Shown piece by piece: positions 15,704-20,067 of a stretch of 20,067 nucleotides of DNA; positions within the stretch are counted from its first letter, which is position 1; the number at the start of each line of letters is the position of its first letter. Made by a program: the position numbers and the translations under genes. The notes under the pieces were generated by a model. The model worked only from the letters and a program-made list of their open reading frames with translations, made no database searches and was not told the DNA's origin. Origin of the DNA: Pseudomonadota bacterium (GTDB lineage: Bacteria > Bdellovibrionota > Bdellovibrionia > Bdellovibrionales > SG-bin7). The DNA lies in the NCBI GenBank assembly GCA_034439715.1, contig JAWXAY010000108.1:1-20067 (forward strand), given 5' to 3'.

Positions 15704-16909
15704 TCAAGCATCAACTTTCAAGCGAAAAACCCGCTCATGTTGAAAATGCACTCGACCCGTGCGATCACCTTTGATGGGTTTCACATGGCGACACTCACAG
15801 ATGATTATTTCATAAGCAATTCCTATGTAGTTTTTCTTTAATGACTCTTTAATTAGCCACTCGCCAACTATTTTGATCTCTTCTTCAGCAATTTTTAGCC
15901 CCTTGGGCCTTGCAATTATGACGTGAGCCGATGGGAAATCTCTTAAATGTAACCAGTAATCCCAAGAGTTGGCGCTCCGTAAAATCTTGAGATTATCCTG
16001 CGCTGACTTTCCCATAAAAGCGGTAGCCGATTTAAGGTGTAGCGTTCTGCCCTTAGCCTCTGAACCGCCAAATACATTTTCTTTTGCTTTTAATGGCGAC
16101 ACCTCTCCCCGCTCAATCTCCCCACTTAATTTATCAATTCGCATCTGCGCCTTTTTAACTTTTTCATCATTTTTTTTGGCCTCGCCAAAACAGTTGGCCA
16201 TATTTAGCGTCCAACTTTTTTTAGAATCAATAAGTCCAATAAACTCAGCCGGAACTTCATTCGAACGATAGGTTTTGAGCCAGACTCCTGCTTCACGCCA
16301 TGGCTTTTTTTGTTTGGCAGAAATATCTTTCTTAATTTTTAAAATGGCTTCTTGTTTTTTTTGAAAACTCGGCTTTTTATCATTTCTTAACTGCCCCCCA
16401 CTGTGCTGCGGGGCGGATTTATTCTGAAGCCACTCTATCGCTATTTGCTCGGCGCTTCGTGAGGGACTGAGTACGAGGTTCTGCTGCGCCAGTGTGACTT
16501 CTTTGACTTTGTCGAAACTGATTTTTTTGTCATCAGCAAAAACTAAAAGATTTGCTCCTTGAGAGAACAGTCTAACTTCGATGGCATTGCCGCCAAACAT
16601 AAGAGTTATCACACGGCCTAGTTCTTGGTGCACGCGCACATTTTCTAAAATCTTTCCTTTGATATGGGCGTTCAGAAATAGGCCCACCGGCGTCGTCTTT
16701 TTGCTAATTCTTGGCGGTAGTTCTGTGAGTGGCAAAATGATCGGTAACGATTTTTCTAATGAGATCCAAAGCCACTTTAGCCCGTCTTTGGTCCACAGTC
16801 CCAATCCATACTCCTGCTCACTGCTAAAAATTTTTTGTACGAAAGCACCGGTCCAAGCACTAATCGCAGCGACTAAGACCTCAAGCTCTGACTGGTTGAT
16901 AACCTTCAT
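15704..16909 (-). CDS. NFACT-family (RqcH/FbpA-like) protein, shortened and divergent
   Basis: C-terminal NFACT-R (DUF814) motifs FMGKSAQDN and DYWLHLRDFPSAHVII; central coiled coil (NMANCFGEAKKNDEK); N-terminal NFACT-N-like segment FLNAHIKGKILENV...LGRVITL. Confidence 0.8.
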   Translation of the reverse strand: MKVINQSELEVLVAAISAWTGAFVQKIFSSEQEYGLGLWTKDGLKWLWISLEKSLPIILPLTELPPRISKKTTPVGLFLNAHIKGKILENVRVHQELGRVITLMFGGNAIEVRLFSQGANLLVFADDKKISFDKVKEVTLAQQNLVLSPSRSAEQIAIEWLQNKSAPQHSGGQLRNDKKPSFQKKQEAILKIKKDISAKQKKPWREAGVWLKTYRSNEVPAEFIGLIDSKKSWTLNMANCFGEAKKNDEKVKKAQMRIDKLSGEIERGEVSPLKAKENVFGGSEAKGRTLHLKSATAFMGKSAQDNLKILRSANSWDYWLHLRDFPSAHVIIARPKGLKIAEEEIKIVGEWLIKESLKKNYIGIAYEIIICECRHVKPIKGDRTGRVHFQHERVFRLKVDA

Positions 16910-17008
16910 TTTGTCCTATTTTGAAATAAAACGGTCCGGTGTTCAGGCACTCCATCTAGCCCGTCTCAAGTTAACACCTACCTTTAGATCAGAAATACTG
17001 AGAAACAC

Positions 17009-17035
17009 TAAATAATATTAGATTTATTCCGATTA
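17009..17035 (+). promoter_or_regulatory. Sigma28 (FliA)-type promoter
   Basis: TAAA-N15-TCCGATTA with exact spacing, 19 nt upstream of ATG 17055. Confidence 0.7.
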
Positions 17036-17054
17036 AAAAGGCAACGAAATTAAT

Positions 17055-17327
17055 ATGAGATTTAACCAAGACCCACTCTACTCTATTTTTGAAAAGCACC
17101 TGAGCAAGTCGCTAATGAACGATGAGTGCTGTGCAGACACTCTCATTGACCAAGTCGTAAAGAACTACGTAGAAATGATGACAAAACTGGGACATGCCTG
17201 TGGTCGAATTCAAGATTACATTGAAAGAGACGTCCGCGAGGAGGTCACTGATATGCTAAGGAAACGCATCTATGGCCACTTTAGTTTAAGTGAGTATCGC
17301 GATAAAATTAAAAAAGCCAATGCCTAA
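17055..17327 (+). CDS. Small hypothetical helical protein (90 aa)
   Basis: Fills the gap between two minus-strand genes, has its own promoter-like motif and an AAGG upstream; charged amphipathic sequence ending MLRKRIYGHFSLSEYR. Confidence 0.8.
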   Translation: MRFNQDPLYSIFEKHLSKSLMNDECCADTLIDQVVKNYVEMMTKLGHACGRIQDYIERDVREEVTDMLRKRIYGHFSLSEYRDKIKKANA

Positions 17328-17333
17328 AAAACT

Positions 17334-18449
17334 CTAATTGAGTTTGGTAATGCTCGGCAACCTTTCGAGCGCATTTCTAGTAACCGCCAAAATTCTCGCT
17401 AAGTCCTGTTCAATCATTCTGATGTGCACAGCACGCTCTGGTAAGTACTTACCAGAAATAAGTTCCGCCACAGACCTGAGAGTGTTAAATCCTAACTCAA
17501 GTGATTGTAAAGCCCGCTCAAGTTTAGCCATGGTCTCTTTTAGGGACTCTGTGGAACTTCCTATGGAAACAGCCAGCAGAATTATATCAATGTCTTCGAC
17601 CGAGGAATTCAATTCATTACCCGCCGCAACTAGTAAACTTATCAATTTGTTAAGCTCTTCTGTTAGAAACATTACTTCGGCATCTTGAGGGTCGTTTTTA
17701 GTAACTGCTGTCAGCCATGCATTGGCTTCGATTCGAACTCCCTGAGCATTACCGCTTGATAAATCCAAGTCGCCCGACATAGCCAGAAGTTCTTCATTGA
17801 GATGACTGCGCTTCAACACAACCTGGGCGTCCGGTCCCTCAGTGAGGCCAGGTAGGAATGCCAAGTGGGCCCATCCCGTTTCCTTTTTTGGAGCTTCAAA
17901 TGCTAGATGCAACTCTCCAATGCCTGGTTTTTTAAGTTTCACTAATATACGCTCGCAAGAGTTCGCACAGCGAGCTTCTGCTTTGGTAGATTTATTCTTT
18001 TCAGACTGAGTGGCAAAAGGGCTAAAGTTGCCTTTAGGCACGAGTTGGCCACTTAAAACCAGTCGCTCAAGCTGAGCTTCGTTGTCTTTATTTGTAATCA
18101 AAGTGAGTTCCAATTTTTCGCTACTTATAAGTAAATTCACTGAAATAAGGTTTTTTAAATTTAAATTTAGCATTTGAGACTCAGAGTTTTCAAAAGTGCC
18201 AAGGTCAGAATTTGGGGGCGATTCAGAGCCCGGTCTTTTTTCTATACGACCCTCAACCATATTAGGCTCGGCAGAGGGAATTCCGCCTGACGATGGTGTC
18301 GGAGGTGTATCTGCCGGCGGCAGGGTCGGTTGGGTTTTGGGAACTACGGGGCGCGCATTGCGCTTTTTCTTTGAGTCCTGGCAGGTGCAAGACGTCAAGA
18401 GAGTAGAACCGAGCATCAATATTGATAAATGACGTGCCAAAAATATCAT
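17334..18449 (-). CDS. Hypothetical lipoprotein (371 aa)
   Basis: Lipobox-like LLTSC; Pro-rich linker; beta-rich middle containing ARCANSC; helical C-terminal region; GAGG Shine-Dalgarno; starts 5 nt after the upstream stop. Confidence 0.8.
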   Translation of the reverse strand: MIFLARHLSILMLGSTLLTSCTCQDSKKKRNARPVVPKTQPTLPPADTPPTPSSGGIPSAEPNMVEGRIEKRPGSESPPNSDLGTFENSESQMLNLNLKNLISVNLLISSEKLELTLITNKDNEAQLERLVLSGQLVPKGNFSPFATQSEKNKSTKAEARCANSCERILVKLKKPGIGELHLAFEAPKKETGWAHLAFLPGLTEGPDAQVVLKRSHLNEELLAMSGDLDLSSGNAQGVRIEANAWLTAVTKNDPQDAEVMFLTEELNKLISLLVAAGNELNSSVEDIDIILLAVSIGSSTESLKETMAKLERALQSLELGFNTLRSVAELISGKYLPERAVHIRMIEQDLARILAVTRNALERLPSITKLN

Positions 18450-18454
18450 AATAA

Positions 18455-19801
18455 TTACCTCGAAAGATCGTCACCAGTTAAAGCTTTATGCGCCTCATAC
18501 ATGCCCTTAAATTCAGTTTTTTCCGCAAGGCCTGTTAATAGCGTTTTGATTTCTTCAAACTTAGCTTTCGAACCGTCAGGAACTTGAGCTAGCTTTTTTT
18601 CAAGGCCGGGAATAACTTTTTTATTGTTTTGTTCAATGGCAAACTTGAAGCCATCAATTAAAGCTGCTGCCGAAACCTTAATTCCCGGGCTCGGCCTTCC
18701 ATCAACGGTTGAAAACATTAGGGTCCTAAAGAGTTTCCTGTAATGAGAGATTTGCTTCTGAGTGTCGCCATAAACTAATTCCATCTCTTCTTTTAAGAGA
18801 TTTTTGAGTGTCTCATCTGTTTCAAGAATTCCTTCAATCTTAAGTTTAATTTCCGCGAGTGGCACGACTGCCGCCTCCATCTTAGTTAACTGCACAGCGT
18901 AATCTTTACTGTACTTCGACATTCTCTGTAGGCGCTCAAACTCCGTAGTTTCATGGCCGAGAATCTGTACCAATTCCAAAGTAGTTTCTAAAGGATCCGC
19001 CGATGGCTTAAAGGCGTAGGCAATGGCTTTACTACCAGCGCCTTCAGGACTGCTTTCAAGACTCAAAATAAAGTGTGCTTTTCCATCAATTTTTATTTTT
19101 CTTAATTTTGCGGTTGAATAAATATCACTAAAATACTTCAATGCAAAATCATTTCCCTCATTCTTATCAAGAGACAGCTGTTTCAATTCAATACCTTTGC
19201 TTAATATATCATCGTTCAGTTCCTCGTTCCCGAAATTTTTAAGCGAGACAAAGACGTAAGTGTATTTATCATTATTAGTCTTTGAGAAAATCGTAAGGTT
19301 GGCTTCCTTATAGGTTGTATTCCCTGCAACTTCGTGGGCACCAATAAGAATCAAATTTACAGCCCCAATTTTTGAAATGAGATCAGCACTTGTAGTCCAT
19401 TTTAATAAGAGGTCCGAACCCTGATCGCCTAAGGCTTTTACAACTTCATCGCGAAGGGACTTTTCTTCTTTTGTTATGGTACGGGGTTTAACTTTCTCGT
19501 CATTAGGTTTAACATTCCCTTTTTTAGCACCAATCATTTCGGGTGTTACATCGGGTGCCGGAGTTTCGACTTCTTCGTCTTTTTTAGGTTCGTCTTTACT
19601 TTCTGCCTTTTCTTCTGCATCTTTTTCTGCTTTCTTTTTGGCATCAATTAAAGCTTTAGCTTTTTCTTTATCTGTAAAATCGGCTCTGTCGGACCGCTTA
19701 AGACGATTTCGATCGTTTCTCTTTCCGCAAGAGGCAAGTAGTGAAAATGCTATTAGCGAAAAAAACAAAGTTTTTGTTAGTACGTTTAATTTAACAAACA
19801 T
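18455..19801 (-). CDS. Hypothetical lipoprotein (448 aa)
   Basis: Canonical lipobox LASC; Lys/Glu-rich linker; helical C-terminal third; AAGGAG Shine-Dalgarno. Confidence 0.85.
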   Translation of the reverse strand: MFVKLNVLTKTLFFSLIAFSLLASCGKRNDRNRLKRSDRADFTDKEKAKALIDAKKKAEKDAEEKAESKDEPKKDEEVETPAPDVTPEMIGAKKGNVKPNDEKVKPRTITKEEKSLRDEVVKALGDQGSDLLLKWTTSADLISKIGAVNLILIGAHEVAGNTTYKEANLTIFSKTNNDKYTYVFVSLKNFGNEELNDDILSKGIELKQLSLDKNEGNDFALKYFSDIYSTAKLRKIKIDGKAHFILSLESSPEGAGSKAIAYAFKPSADPLETTLELVQILGHETTEFERLQRMSKYSKDYAVQLTKMEAAVVPLAEIKLKIEGILETDETLKNLLKEEMELVYGDTQKQISHYRKLFRTLMFSTVDGRPSPGIKVSAAALIDGFKFAIEQNNKKVIPGLEKKLAQVPDGSKAKFEEIKTLLTGLAEKTEFKGMYEAHKALTGDDLSR

Positions 19802-19840
19802 GACAAACTCCTTAAAATAGGGGAACTCGTCTCAAAACAG

Positions 19841-19856
19841 AGCAAACAAAGTGCCA
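19841..19856 (-). promoter_or_regulatory. Sigma54 (RpoN) -24/-12 promoter of the lipoprotein pair
   Basis: Minus strand reads TGGCAC-TTTGT-TTGCT, a perfect consensus match, 39 nt upstream of ATG 19801. Confidence 0.85.
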
Positions 19857-19905
19857 AAAAAAGCATTTACCAAATCTGCCCTATTAGAAAAGAGGTAATA
19901 ATTTC

Positions 19906-19928
19906 AATTTCGAGCCAAGATTTGTCAT
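19906..19928. promoter_or_regulatory. Putative activator-binding site, copy 2 (AATTTCGAGCCAAGATTTGTCAT)
   Basis: 19/23 identity to 8061-8083; overlaps a TTTGT-N12-ACAAA inverted repeat at 19921-19942. Confidence 0.5.
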
Positions 19929-20067
19929 CTGGTAATAACAAAAAATGGAAGTCTGTAGTTCTCCAGGAATTAAATAAATTGGGGACATCGGCGGGTATTT
20001 TTGAGTATCTCGCTGTACTGACTTGGATTTTAGTACTGGTATGGGCTTCGCAGTGGAGAAAAGAGAG

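Noticed and set aside
18424..18439. TGGCAC on the minus strand as a third sigma54 promoter
   Set aside because: It lies inside a coding sequence and the -12 position reads TTATC rather than TTGC.
1593..19820. Other short track ORFs nested in or antisense to long genes (e.g. 1783-2070, 6668-6874, 6726-6986, 13275-13652, 16581-17015, 17338-17688, 19476-19820)
   Set aside because: Each lies largely within a better-supported gene and shows no recognisable motif; the Met/Thr/Val-rich ones are alternative readings of the Gly-His repeat.
19867..20067. Possible partial CDS at the right edge: a minus-strand frame ending at TAA 19867, or a plus-strand frame from TTG 19922 with a hydrophobic stretch
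   Set aside because: Two incompatible short open frames with no recognisable motif; this cannot be resolved without the adjacent sequence.

Overview
Gene-dense, AT-leaning bacterial chromosomal segment. The gene repertoire (many orphan lipoproteins, GldA/F/G-like ABC cassette, several sigma28-like promoters) suggests a Bdellovibrionota-like organism; this is an inference. Left to right: (1) a >482-aa beta-rich lipoprotein running off the left edge, missed by the ORF track; (2) an App1-like HAD phosphatase divergent from a hypothetical + spore-photoproduct-lyase-like radical SAM gene pair; (3) a secreted, C-terminally anchored protein; (4) a sigma54-preceded multicopper oxidase with a CopB-like C-terminal beta-barrel, divergent from a lipoprotein c-type cytochrome and a small secreted protein with a mature N-terminal His; (5) a seven-gene minus-strand operon (short NFACT/RqcH-like protein, GldA/F/G-like ABC system, DUF4340, GHMP kinase, DUF429-like protein); (6) a small sigma28-preceded gene; (7) a sigma54-preceded pair of orphan lipoproteins. 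The best candidate for an undescribed system is the oxidase/cytochrome/His1-protein envelope copper-redox module, whose two larger proteins share a 7-residue EPG repeat. A 23-nt motif (19/23 identical) lies upstream of both sigma54 promoters. No rRNA, tRNA, CRISPR array or mobile element was recognised. All family calls come from motif recognition by eye, not database searches.
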